Below are positions 1-10,000 of a DNA stretch of 28,169 nt, piece after piece. This stretch comes from Cytophagaceae bacterium (lineage in GTDB: Bacteria > Bacteroidota > Bacteroidia > Cytophagales > Cytophagaceae). The position numbers were made by a program, and so were the translations under genes. The stretch spans positions 1 to 28,169 of the forward strand of contig DATCKK010000305.1 in the NCBI GenBank assembly GCA_036562325.1, given 5' to 3'. Numbering within the stretch: the first letter of the stretch is position 1; every line of letters starts with the position of its first letter. A model generated the notes under the pieces. The model was not told the origin of the DNA. It was given only the letters and a program-made list of their open reading frames with translations, and searched no databases.

Positions 1-2
1 AT

Positions 3-3000
3 ATTAATCTATGTACTAACTCAGGAATAATATCCAAATTAACTAAGAACGGTAACACATGGAGTAAAATAGATCTGGTGAGAGGATTGCCAAGATCTGA
101 GGAAAACCATTCTTGTAATGGGTTAGTATATGATGAAGTTACCAACAAGTTATTTGTAACCGTTTCAGGAAATACCAATGCCGGTTCTCCTTCCAAACTT
201 TTTACTTATCATTCAGAGTATGCATTATCTGCCGCCATATTATCCATAGATATGAATATGATCAATGCCATGCCGGTTAAAGATATCAACTCAGCCCATC
301 CTTACATCTATGATTTACCAACACTCGATGATCCTACCCGCCCCAACTTACCTGACGGATCAGATGTCAATGATCCCTTTGGAGGTAATGACGGATTGAA
401 TCAGGCTAAAATAGTACCCGGCGGGCCTGTTCAGGTTTATGCTTCCGGATTCAGGAATGCCTATGATGTTATAATAACAAAAACACCGGGAAAGCAAAGA
501 TTAATGTACACTATTGATAATGGGCCTAATGGTAACTGGGGAGGTCATCCTGAAAATGAAAACACACCCAATGTAACCAACAACTACGTAGAAGGTGAAC
601 CGGGTTCAACCAACAATGGCCCTAATGATCCAACAGTAAATAACCTGGACAACCTTCATCTGATTGGAAACATAGATAGTTACACACCAGGCTCATTCTA
701 TGGTGGGCATCCCAATCCTACACGTGCCAATCCTGCAGGAGCCGGGTTATATACTCATGACGGGCCTATAGATGGAGGTACAAGAGTATGGAGAACACAA
801 AAAACCAATACGCCTTATCCTTTGCCTACAGACTGGCCTCCTTTACCTATTTCCATGGCCAATCCTGTTGAAGCAGACTACAGAAGCCCGGGCGAAACAG
901 ATGGCGCTTTTATCACATTTACTTCATCGGTCAATGGATTCTGTGAATATACGGCTTCAAATTTTAATAATGCTCTAAAAGGAAATTTACTGGCAGCAGG
1001 ATTTAACGGTGTTATACATAGAATAAAGTTAAATGCCAACGGTACTGCCGTATTAAATAACTTAGGCAATAAAAAATTAAACCTCGACCCTCCTATTGCT
1101 TCCGGGTTTGGCAACAAACCTTTGGATATTACTGCGCAAGGTGATACAGATCTTTTCCCTGGAACTGTATGGATAGCAGTATATGCTTCTAACACTATAA
1201 CCATACTTGAGCCTCAGGAAGTGGCGTGTACAGCTGCCAACAATCAACAGGACGATGACGGTGACGGATATACCAATGCAGATGAATTAGCCAATAATAC
1301 GGATCCATGCTCTGCTGCCAGCAAACCCAACGACAATGATATGGACTTCCTGTCAGACCTGCTGGACAATGATGATGACAATGACGGCATCAACGACATG
1401 CAGGATTATTTTGCATTGGACTTTCACAATGGATCTACTACGGAATTGCCATTAAAATATGAACTATTTAATAATGATCCGGGAACAGGATTTTTCGGTG
1501 TTGGCTTTACCGGATTAATGAGCAATGGAACCTCTGACTATAGAAACCTATTCGATATTGAAAACATTATTGCCGGAGGAGCCGCAGGAGTAGTAACAAT
1601 AGAGAATGTACACCATGGAGATGCGGAAGGCTCTTTAAACAATCAGCAATACGCCTTCCAATTCGGACTAAAAACGACTCCATCCATGCAGCCATTTAAA
1701 GTGACCGTTGCTATGCCCGGTACATTCTTTAATGGCAACCAGCCATCTAATTATCAATCACAGGGATTCTATATAGGTAAAGGTGATCAGGACACTTATG
1801 TTAAAATTACTTTAGGTACCAATGGTTCACAACCTGCCATACGTGTAGTGTATGAAAACAACGGCAATATAAGTTCCAACTACTACCCTATAGCAGGCCT
1901 ACCAACTACTTCCATCAAGCTATCCTTATTGGTAAATCCATCCAGCGGAATAGTACAACCTCAATATATAATAGATGGTGGATTTATCCAGAATGCAGGC
2001 AACAACATTCAACTACATGGTGAGTTATTAAACATAATCAAAGGCTCTGCTTCTCTGGCTATAGGAATAATAGCAACATCCCGAGGAGCCTCTCCATTTA
2101 ATGCAAGCTGGGATTATATTGAAGTAGAACCCTACAACATACCTGTATCTGAAAATGGCACATGGGTAAATATTGCCTATCAGGGGGCCACACAACCTGC
2201 ACAAAGACACGAATGCGGTTTTGTACAGGCAGGTAATAAATTTTACCTGATGGGAGGAAGAGGTGTTAAAGCTGTAAATATATTCAACTATGAAACTAAC
2301 ACATGGGAAACAGCTCCTGCCCCTCCAATTCAATTACATCATTGCCAGGCAGTAGAGTATAAAGGACTCATATATCTGGCAGGCGCATTCACCGGAGGTT
2401 ATCCTACGGAAACTCCTGTTGAGCATATTTATATTTATGATCCTGTAACTAAACAATGGCATACAGGCCCCGAAATACCTGCACATAGAAGAAGGGGCTC
2501 TTGCGGTGTGGTAGTTTATAATGATAAATTATACCTGGTAAGTGGCATTATTAACGGACACACTTCCGGGCATGTTGCCTGGTTTGATGAGTACGATCCT
2601 TCCACTAATACATGGAAAGAACTACCTGATGCTCCACGGCCGAGAGATCATTTTCATGCTGCAGTTATTGGTGACAAACTTATCGTTGCCAGCGGAAGAA
2701 GGTCTTCTTATCCTAACACTTTTGGGCTAACAGTAAGTGAAGTAGATATTTACAATTTTACTACCGGACAATGGACCACAGGGCCTAACCCTATACCTAC
2801 CCCACGTGCCGGTGCATCGGTAGCTGTTATCGGACAGGAAGTAATATATATCGGAGGAGAAAGCATGTCGCAATTAACAGCCCATGCCACTACAGAAGCC
2901 TGGAACAGTACTACCGGACAATGGAGAACCCTTTCTGATTTAAATACAGGAAGACATGCCTCGCAAGCCATATGTTCCAATAATACCATTTATATAGCCG

Positions 3001-5906
3001 GAGGATCGGGAAGCCGCGGAGGAACTCCTGAGTTGAACAGCATGGAGAAGTTTTATTTCGGCACTCCTTCTGCTCCACAAGGGAACACTATTGCCAAAGG
3101 AAATTTAAACATTCCTTCAACTGTTAACTTTGGAGTGTCCACTCCAGGGAATAGTAGCAAACGAATCATAAATGTTACCAATACGAATGGGAATCAATCT
3201 ATACTAATATCAAATATTCATATAACTAACTCAAATGAGTTTTCCATTGATTCAAATTTTAAATTTCCATTTATTGTACACCCCGGACAGCACCTTACCA
3301 TTCGTGTCTCCTTTACACCTTCATTTACTGGAGAAAAGTCGGGACAGTTAGTTATTCAAAACACCGGAAGCAATACACAACAAACCTGCTTGCTTACAGG
3401 AGGATCATCAACCACCGAACCTCAAGCTACTATATATCTGATTAATGCAGGAGGTACAGAAGTAAGTGCAAATGGAAAACTATGGGCTACCGATTCAGAA
3501 ACACAACCAAGTCCTTATTCCAATCATACGGCAACTTTCAATAAAATAAAATGGGAAACATTTACCGGTACCAATAATACAGACGCCCCTGATGCCATTT
3601 TCAACTCTTACCGTTGGGATGGAGGTGTCGCTGGTGATCCGGCAGATAAAGAGTTACGATGGTCGTTTCCCGTTGAAAACGGCACCTATCAGGTAAGTTT
3701 ATATTTTATAGAAACTTATCCCGATGCGGGTATTATTAACGGAAGAGTATTCGACGTTGCCATAGAAGGAGTAGTTGTGTTTGACAATCTGGATATATTT
3801 GCAGAAGCAGGGTTTAACAATACCTTGCAAAAAAATGCCACTGTAAATGTAGTAGACGGCATCTTAAATATTGATCTGCTGCATGTAATTCAAAATCCAA
3901 GAATACACGGTATACAAATTAAAGGAAGCAATGGCAACGTTAATGAAAACAAACTGGTAATTACACCTCAGCAAATTAACTTTCCATCGGTAGAAGTAGG
4001 TAAGTCTTCCGTTAGCTCTTTTGTTCTGTCTAACACAGGAGAAACAACTATAACCATATCTAATATACAATTATCTGGTAATGACAATAGTTTTTCCCTT
4101 ACACAATCTACTCCATTTACAATAGCACCTGGCAGCAGCCAAACGTTAAATATTACTTTTGCCCCAACTTCAGCAGGGACAAAGTCTGCTACATTAGTTA
4201 TTAGCACTACATCCGGTGATATACCAATCAGCCTTCCTGTTTCAGGTGAAGCACACTTCCCTTCTACCGGAAATACAGGAGCAATAGTATACCGAATAAA
4301 TGCAGGAGGAAACGAAATTGTAAATCCTGATAAAAACTGGGATGCAGATAATATTTCTACCCCCTCTGGTTACAGTAACTATAATGATACCTATAACAAA
4401 TTAACTGTTATCAATTATACGGGAGCGAACCTGACCGATGCACCTACAGAGGTATTCAACACGTATCGATGGGATGGTGGTGTACAAGGTGATCCTATAA
4501 GTAAAGAAATGAGATGGACATTTCCTGTAGAACCAGAAACTTATATCGTTAAATTATACTTTTCCGAAACATGGCCAGAAGCGCAAACTAGCGGAGCAAG
4601 GGTATTCGATATACTTATGGAGAACACTTTGGTAGAAAATAACTTTGATATATATGCAGAAGCCGGGTTTAATCATGCCATCACCAAATCCTATGAAATA
4701 GAAGTTACTGACGGAGTACTGAACATTGATTTCATTCATAAAGTACAAAATCCAAGAATCAATGCTATTGAAATATTAAGAAAGCAAACCGGTTCAGTGA
4801 TCATACATCCGGAATCGCTAAGCTTTGAAGCCACACCCGCAGGCACTATTTCCACTTCAAAGCAAATATCCATTATTAACAATACTTCTTCAACGGTTAC
4901 AATAAGTTCTGTTCAATCTGCAAATAATGATTTTGAAATAAACAATTCATATATATCCACTATTCCTCCGGGAGACACCAGTAAAATTTTAATATACTTT
5001 TCTCCTGATTCTCCGGGCACTAAAACCGGGGCTATTACAATACATCATTCATCAACAGGTAGTCCTCTTTCTGTCCTTGTTTCCGGAAATGCCACACAAC
5101 CAACAAGTGTAACTCCAAAACCAATATACAGAGTTAATACCGGTGGCTACCCCATACAAGACACCGCGCTCACATGGGAAGAAGACACGCATGCCCTGCC
5201 TTCCGGCTACAGCAATTACGAAGTTACCGGCAACAAAACGTATGCAACGTCAGAGCCTATAACTGTAGCAGGCAATGTTCCGGCCACTACACCTTCCATT
5301 ATTTTCAGTTCAGAAAGATCTAATGGAGTCTGGATAGAAGATTCACTTACATACACATTCCCGGTAGCCCCAGGTGGAGAAGTTGAAGTAAGACTCTACT
5401 TTGCTGAAATATATTTCAATGATCCCGGAAGCAGGAAGTTTGATATTAAAATTGAAGACAGCCTGGTTACAAAAGACTACGACATATTAGAGGAAGTAAG
5501 TAAAAATACAGGTGTGATGAAATCTTATATAACAACCAGCGACGGCAATATAAATATCAATCTTATTCGTAAAGTCAATCAGCCTAAAATAAGCGGAATA
5601 GAAATAATCTGTCTTAATGATAAATGCCTTCATCCTGCTGCCAGGAAAAGAATTACCGAGCTGGCTGGCGTATATCCCAATCCGGTAAGAGAAAAAGCTG
5701 TGATTAATTTCAAAGAAGCGATTAACGAAATGATGAAAGTAGAAGTGTATAATGCAGCAGGTGAGTTAATGGAAGTTATACCTATATCGCCTTCATCATC
5801 TTCTTCCATAGATTTCAATATGGCTAATTATCCTACCGGAATGTACTTCCTTCAAATAACAGATAAGGAAAAAATATATGAAAGAATAAAAATTTTAAAA
5901 GACTAA
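3..5906 (+). CDS. Large T9SS-secreted modular protein, 5'-truncated: GSDH/sorbosone-dehydrogenase-like beta-propeller, acidic Ca-binding repeats, lectin-like region, Kelch propeller, 3x (Ig-like choice-of-anchor D + malectin), T9SS CTD
   Basis: The frame is open from base 3 (INLCTNSGIISKLTKNGNTWSKIDLVRG), so the GTG at 78 is internal. Motifs: VYASGFRNAYD (GSDH-like), DDDGDGYTN / DDDNDGIND, Kelch GG...W repeats, malectin YRINAGG...VxLYFxE...RxFDI...NPxIxxIEI, and the C-terminal GVYPNP...GMYFLQI...KILK sorting domain. Confidence 0.9.
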   Translation: MNLCTNSGIISKLTKNGNTWSKIDLVRGLPRSEENHSCNGLVYDEVTNKLFVTVSGNTNAGSPSKLFTYHSEYALSAAILSIDMNMINAMPVKDINSAHPYIYDLPTLDDPTRPNLPDGSDVNDPFGGNDGLNQAKIVPGGPVQVYASGFRNAYDVIITKTPGKQRLMYTIDNGPNGNWGGHPENENTPNVTNNYVEGEPGSTNNGPNDPTVNNLDNLHLIGNIDSYTPGSFYGGHPNPTRANPAGAGLYTHDGPIDGGTRVWRTQKTNTPYPLPTDWPPLPISMANPVEADYRSPGETDGAFITFTSSVNGFCEYTASNFNNALKGNLLAAGFNGVIHRIKLNANGTAVLNNLGNKKLNLDPPIASGFGNKPLDITAQGDTDLFPGTVWIAVYASNTITILEPQEVACTAANNQQDDDGDGYTNADELANNTDPCSAASKPNDNDMDFLSDLLDNDDDNDGINDMQDYFALDFHNGSTTELPLKYELFNNDPGTGFFGVGFTGLMSNGTSDYRNLFDIENIIAGGAAGVVTIENVHHGDAEGSLNNQQYAFQFGLKTTPSMQPFKVTVAMPGTFFNGNQPSNYQSQGFYIGKGDQDTYVKITLGTNGSQPAIRVVYENNGNISSNYYPIAGLPTTSIKLSLLVNPSSGIVQPQYIIDGGFIQNAGNNIQLHGELLNIIKGSASLAIGIIATSRGASPFNASWDYIEVEPYNIPVSENGTWVNIAYQGATQPAQRHECGFVQAGNKFYLMGGRGVKAVNIFNYETNTWETAPAPPIQLHHCQAVEYKGLIYLAGAFTGGYPTETPVEHIYIYDPVTKQWHTGPEIPAHRRRGSCGVVVYNDKLYLVSGIINGHTSGHVAWFDEYDPSTNTWKELPDAPRPRDHFHAAVIGDKLIVASGRRSSYPNTFGLTVSEVDIYNFTTGQWTTGPNPIPTPRAGASVAVIGQEVIYIGGESMSQLTAHATTEAWNSTTGQWRTLSDLNTGRHASQAICSNNTIYIAGGSGSRGGTPELNSMEKFYFGTPSAPQGNTIAKGNLNIPSTVNFGVSTPGNSSKRIINVTNTNGNQSILISNIHITNSNEFSIDSNFKFPFIVHPGQHLTIRVSFTPSFTGEKSGQLVIQNTGSNTQQTCLLTGGSSTTEPQATIYLINAGGTEVSANGKLWATDSETQPSPYSNHTATFNKIKWETFTGTNNTDAPDAIFNSYRWDGGVAGDPADKELRWSFPVENGTYQVSLYFIETYPDAGIINGRVFDVAIEGVVVFDNLDIFAEAGFNNTLQKNATVNVVDGILNIDLLHVIQNPRIHGIQIKGSNGNVNENKLVITPQQINFPSVEVGKSSVSSFVLSNTGETTITISNIQLSGNDNSFSLTQSTPFTIAPGSSQTLNITFAPTSAGTKSATLVISTTSGDIPISLPVSGEAHFPSTGNTGAIVYRINAGGNEIVNPDKNWDADNISTPSGYSNYNDTYNKLTVINYTGANLTDAPTEVFNTYRWDGGVQGDPISKEMRWTFPVEPETYIVKLYFSETWPEAQTSGARVFDILMENTLVENNFDIYAEAGFNHAITKSYEIEVTDGVLNIDFIHKVQNPRINAIEILRKQTGSVIIHPESLSFEATPAGTISTSKQISIINNTSSTVTISSVQSANNDFEINNSYISTIPPGDTSKILIYFSPDSPGTKTGAITIHHSSTGSPLSVLVSGNATQPTSVTPKPIYRVNTGGYPIQDTALTWEEDTHALPSGYSNYEVTGNKTYATSEPITVAGNVPATTPSIIFSSERSNGVWIEDSLTYTFPVAPGGEVEVRLYFAEIYFNDPGSRKFDIKIEDSLVTKDYDILEEVSKNTGVMKSYITTSDGNININLIRKVNQPKISGIEIICLNDKCLHPAARKRITELAGVYPNPVREKAVINFKEAINEMMKVEVYNAAGELMEVIPISPSSSSSIDFNMANYPTGMYFLQITDKEKIYERIKILKD
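1251..1410 (+). repeat. Acidic Dx[DN]xDG (TSP3-like) calcium-binding repeats inside the giant protein
   Basis: Translation DDDGDGYTNADE...DNDMDFLSDLLDNDDDNDGINDMQD. Confidence 0.7.
2157..3053 (+). repeat. Six Kelch repeats (one six-bladed beta-propeller)
   Basis: Six units with an R/H-x, hydrophobic-GG/SG/AG, (Y/F/W)D/N...W pattern: QRHECG..FYLMGG, LHHCQA..IYLAGA, RRGSCG..LYLVSG, RDHFHA..LIVASG, RAGASV..IYIGG, RHASQA..IYIAGG. Confidence 0.85.
3099..5609 (+). repeat. Three tandem (Ig-like + malectin) units; malectin domains at about 3429-3923, 4284-4778 and 5124-5609
   Basis: Protein-level repeats. Ig: ..NF..V..G......(I/L).NT......I..I....F......I.PG....(L/I)...F.P...G.K.G.L.I. Malectin: IY(L/R)(I/V)N(A/T)GG...W..D...(Y)SNY...F..(Y/E)R...FPV..G...V.LYF.E...R.FD..(I/M)E...DI..E.G...N(I)....V.(N/Q)P.I..I(Q/E)I. 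Confidence 0.85.
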
Positions 5907-5957
5907 GGTTTAACTAATAGGTAATAACTTAGGTTATATTAGAAAATATGAACCTAT

Positions 5958-6857
5958 ATGATAGTGAATATTACTAAGCGTACCATTATTTCCATAACAG
6001 TTTTAAGTGTCTTACTTATAGCAGGCATAAATTATAGTATTGGCCAATCCATTGACCCGGAAGTATATGAAAGTATACTTTACCGGGTTAATGCAGGTGG
6101 GCTGACAGTGGAAGGACCAGACCCCGGGCAAATACCCTGGGAGGATGATGACTTTACAAGTCCCAGCAATTACTCAAACTACACTACTACATTAAACAAA
6201 GTGTATCAAAGCAACGATCCTATTTCTTTGCATTCCTCAGTACCTGAGGGTACCCCTGAATACATTTTTCATCAGGAAAGAAGTATAGGCACATGGGATA
6301 TAAATACGATGGAATGGGATTTTGCTGTAGAAGCAGGAAGAAAAGTAGAGGTAAGGTTGTATTTTGCAGAACTCTATTTTACTGATCCGAACATCAGAGT
6401 ATTTGACGTTTATATAGATGGGCAGCTTATGCTGGATGATTATGATATACTGGCAGATGTGGGGCACGATGTAGGTGTTATGAAAACTTTTACCATAACA
6501 ACCGAAGATGACAATCTGGACATCGATTTCAAAAGAGTAAAAAATCAACCTAAAATAAATGCTATTGAAATTTTACTTTTGAAAGAGGAACTGGAAGTAT
6601 TGTCTGCAATTGCCCAAAGCAGGCCGGAAATATCTGTTCATCCTAATCCATTCAATAATTACATAACATTAAAAGGATTGCCCACCGGAAATATCTCAAA
6701 TGAAGTTTTTCTATATAATTCGATGGGTGAATTAATAAAAAAAATAGCATTAAATAATTTTGATTCGGAAGCTATCATTAACTTCTCCGATGTGCATAAA
6801 GGGGTATATTACCTTAGCTTCGACACATTCAAACCGATAAAAATCATAAAACAATAA
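5958..6857 (+). CDS. Secreted malectin-domain protein with T9SS CTD
   Basis: Signal peptide ending YSIG-Q. Malectin domain at about 6075-6575 (ILYRVNAGG...VEVRLYFAELYF...RVFDV...NQPKINAIEIL). CTD SVHPNPF...GVYYLSF...KIIKQ. Confidence 0.88.
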   Translation: MIVNITKRTIISITVLSVLLIAGINYSIGQSIDPEVYESILYRVNAGGLTVEGPDPGQIPWEDDDFTSPSNYSNYTTTLNKVYQSNDPISLHSSVPEGTPEYIFHQERSIGTWDINTMEWDFAVEAGRKVEVRLYFAELYFTDPNIRVFDVYIDGQLMLDDYDILADVGHDVGVMKTFTITTEDDNLDIDFKRVKNQPKINAIEILLLKEELEVLSAIAQSRPEISVHPNPFNNYITLKGLPTGNISNEVFLYNSMGELIKKIALNNFDSEAIINFSDVHKGVYYLSFDTFKPIKIIKQ

Positions 6858-6871
6858 ATATCTGATTATCA

Positions 6872-6905
6872 TAGCCTTTCGGGTACTTTTACACCTGAAA
6901 GGCTA
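6872..6905 (+). terminator. Stem-loop after the malectin genes (terminator or RNA-stabilising hairpin)
   Basis: TAGCCTTTCGGGT (6872-6884) pairs with ACCTGAAAGGCTA (6893-6905): 13 bp with one G-U pair, starting 15 nt after the stop. There is no clear U-tract. Confidence 0.55.
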
Positions 6906-7035
6906 AAATACCACAACTCTTCCGACTCCTCTGGTAATCCAATCTTATACTTCCTATTCTCCCTCTGCTGCATTTCAGAAATTTAACTTTTTATTCAAAT
7001 TATTGAAGTATTTTTAAAATAGAAAGCAAAATCAT

Positions 7036-7043
7036 TAGCTTTA
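7036..7043 (+). promoter_or_regulatory. Possible Bacteroidota -7 promoter element (one mismatch)
   Basis: TAGCTTTA versus consensus TAnnTTTG, 37 nt upstream of ATG 7081. No clear TTTG -33 element. Confidence 0.25.
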
Positions 7044-7080
7044 CATATTAAATCAATCTTAATCTTCATACCCGTCAAAG

Positions 7081-10000
7081 ATGTCGATTCCCAAAACGCA
7101 AACTCCGTTGACTTTTCATTTTAGCATTGAATTTATTAATTCATTTATAGGATGTTTGGAAGAACTATCCTCCAGAAAACCAGGCTTCCGGTATATAAAG
7201 CCCTCCAATTTTAAATATGAAGGGAATAATATAACATTTAGCCCGATTGATTTGCAGGAAGACCCGCAGTGTATAGCACCGGAAGAAACAGGACTTCTCA
7301 CGGATATACCCGACCTTCGGGCCGGATTTTACCGGTTAGGTATTGTTTTATACCATCTCACAACCGGCCAATATCCGTTCTACTCGCAAAGCCCACAAGA
7401 TTTGGTATATATACAGGTAACTAAAGATCCGAAACCGGCCAAAGAGCTCAACAGTAAGACTCCCAGTGCTTTATCTTTAACTATTGCAAAACTTCTCGAA
7501 AAGAAACCTGCTGACCGATATCAAAGCTATGAAGGATTGATAGAAGATTTTCGTGAAATTGCCGATAATCCGGATATTAAAAACTTTGTTCCGGCTCAGA
7601 AAGACACGCCATCTCAGCTCTATTTTTCCAATTTACTTTATGGACGAGGAGCCGAACTACAGCAACTGACCTCTGCCCTTATCGAAAGCATAAAGCAAAA
7701 AGGAATAATATTAATCTCAGGAGAACCTGGAATTGGAAAAACCTCCATTGCACTTTCGGCTTTTACCCACATAGTTAATGATAAAGCATTAACAGCTACC
7801 GGAAAATTTGAACAATTAAAACGCGATGCTCCTTATTCCGGGTTTAGCAATATCATTACCTCTCTCATTAGAGCTGTCGTTGCCAATGGCCACGATGCCA
7901 TAGATTCGTTCAAAAAGGATCTTTTCAAGGCGTGTCCCAACGAGATAAATTACCTTAGCTTATTATGCCCCGAATTTGAAAAAATAGGCGGGCCTATTGA
8001 TAAAGAATTAAACCCAACCATTATTAAACCGGTTTTAGAAACAGCTTTAAAGGCCTTCCTAAAAACGCTGTCTAACCGCTACCACTTAATACTTTTTGCA
8101 GATGACCTTCAGTGGGCAGATCCTGCATCAATTGACCTTCTCTCATTCATTACGCAGGAAAGCGATATCAATTGTTCTATTATCGGTGCTTACCGGGTTA
8201 ATGAATTATCCTCATTCATAGCTACCAAAATTGATTCTTTAAGAACCAACGGATTCGTTCAGAAAGAAATAAACTTACAGCGACTAAAGTCTCAGGATTT
8301 GCTAGAATGGATTAAAGACCTTACACTGTTAAACACAGCAGATAGTAAAATACTCACAGACTTCATTGAAAAAAGAACTTTTGGAAACCCTTACTTTTTC
8401 AGACAATTTCTGCAGGCATTAGAGCAACATCAATGCCTGATTTATACAAAAGGTAAGTGGAACTTTGATATAGAAAAGGCAGAACTCCTTGATTTGCCTA
8501 CTGATGCTACGGCGCTGCTGTTATTACAGGTTAACAGTTTAACCGAATATGAAAAACAAGTATTAATGGCTGCTTCCGTCTTTGGCTCTGTTTTTAATAT
8601 AACACTGCTGAAGAAGCTGATTGAGGAAGCTGATAATCTAAATGAAGCACTACATCATTGCGAACAACTGAGCTTTATTTATCCAGTCTATAATAATAAG
8701 AACAACGATACAATAACATATAAATTCGCTCATGACCATCTGAGAAATGTTTTTTATACATTGATGAGCAATGAGCAAAGAGAACGCTTTCATTTCAAAG
8801 CAGGAAAACATCTGGAAGAAATAAAAGTACCTGTATTTGAAATAGCAGATCAATACAATAATGCTCCCTCCTATTTTAATACATCGGAGCTTCGCAGTCA
8901 ACTGGCAACGATTGGCTTGGAAGCAGGAACAAAAGCTATAAAAAATGGAGCGCCACAAGCAGCATTAAACTACCTGAACAATGCTGACAACCTGCTATCC
9001 GATGACGAATGGGACAGTTATTATGATCTGAAGCTTTCCATTATGATGAGCAAAGCAGAAGCCGAATATCTGAACAGCGAATATGAATTAATGGAAGCAC
9101 ATTGTTATCAGATAATAGAACATAACCCATCTGCCAAACATCTTTTAAAAATAAAGGAACTTCTGATACTGGGCTTCATAGCACAAGGCAAAATGCAGGA
9201 AGCTATAAACTATGGTCTTGAGACCCTGGCTTCTCTGGGAGTTTCCATTCCTTATTCAGCCAATAAAGAAGATGTAGAAAGGGAATTTGAACATATATCA
9301 AAGATGATCAATAGCAAAGGTCCTTCAGAAATTCTTAACCTTCCGGAAATCACGAATTGGGAAATGGAAGCAGCCTTGAGAATAGTGATGCACACCGGGT
9401 CAGCGGCTTACTTTGTAGCTCAGGATATTTATCCATTGCTTGCCTTAAAACAGGTAGAGCTTTCCCTTATCTATGGAAATAGCGAAGTATCAGTAGATGC
9501 CTATACTACTTATGGACTATTACTCTCTGCTTATGCAGGAGACCTGGCCGGAGGGTATGCCTTCGGGCCACTAGGAATAGCGCTGAGAGAAAAGCTCAAC
9601 GCTTTTCACATGGAAGCCAAAACCGCTAATATATTTAATGGCTTTATACAACATACTAAAGATCCGATAGAAAAAACCATAGAGCCATTAAAAAGCGGAT
9701 TTGCAGCCGGAATGGAGACCGGAGATATAGAATACGCCTGTTATTGCCTTACTTTCTTATTCATTCACCAGTTACATACTTCATCCAACTATGCCACTAT
9801 AAAACCTGAACAGGAAAAATGGCTTCAGGTAATGAAGAAACTTAAGAATGATCAAACGCTTGAAATGGCTCTTCCCTGGCATCATTTACTTTTATCTCTT
9901 TCTTCTGCTGAATTCGACAGGCAAATTGCAGAGAATTATATCCTTCAATTAAAAGAAGGAGATAATTTTATTGGCAAGGCTTACGCAATCATTGCAGGCC

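Noticed and set aside
78-80. GTG at 78 as the start of the giant protein
   Set aside because: The frame is open and protein-like from base 3, and there is no signal peptide after 78, although a T9SS substrate needs one.
2157-3053. Kelch domain as galactose/glyoxal oxidase or as a His-rich metal site
   Set aside because: It has six blades, and I could not identify the Cys-Tyr cofactor residues or the C-terminal His-donating domain. His after Arg is part of the normal Kelch consensus.
6869-6973. 34-codon minus-strand ORF (MQQRENRKYKIGLPEESEELWYFSLSGVKVPERL) in a purine-skewed intergenic stretch
   Set aside because: It is short, runs through the hairpin, converges on the malectin gene and has no recognisable motif. 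Only ribosome profiling or conservation could rescue it.
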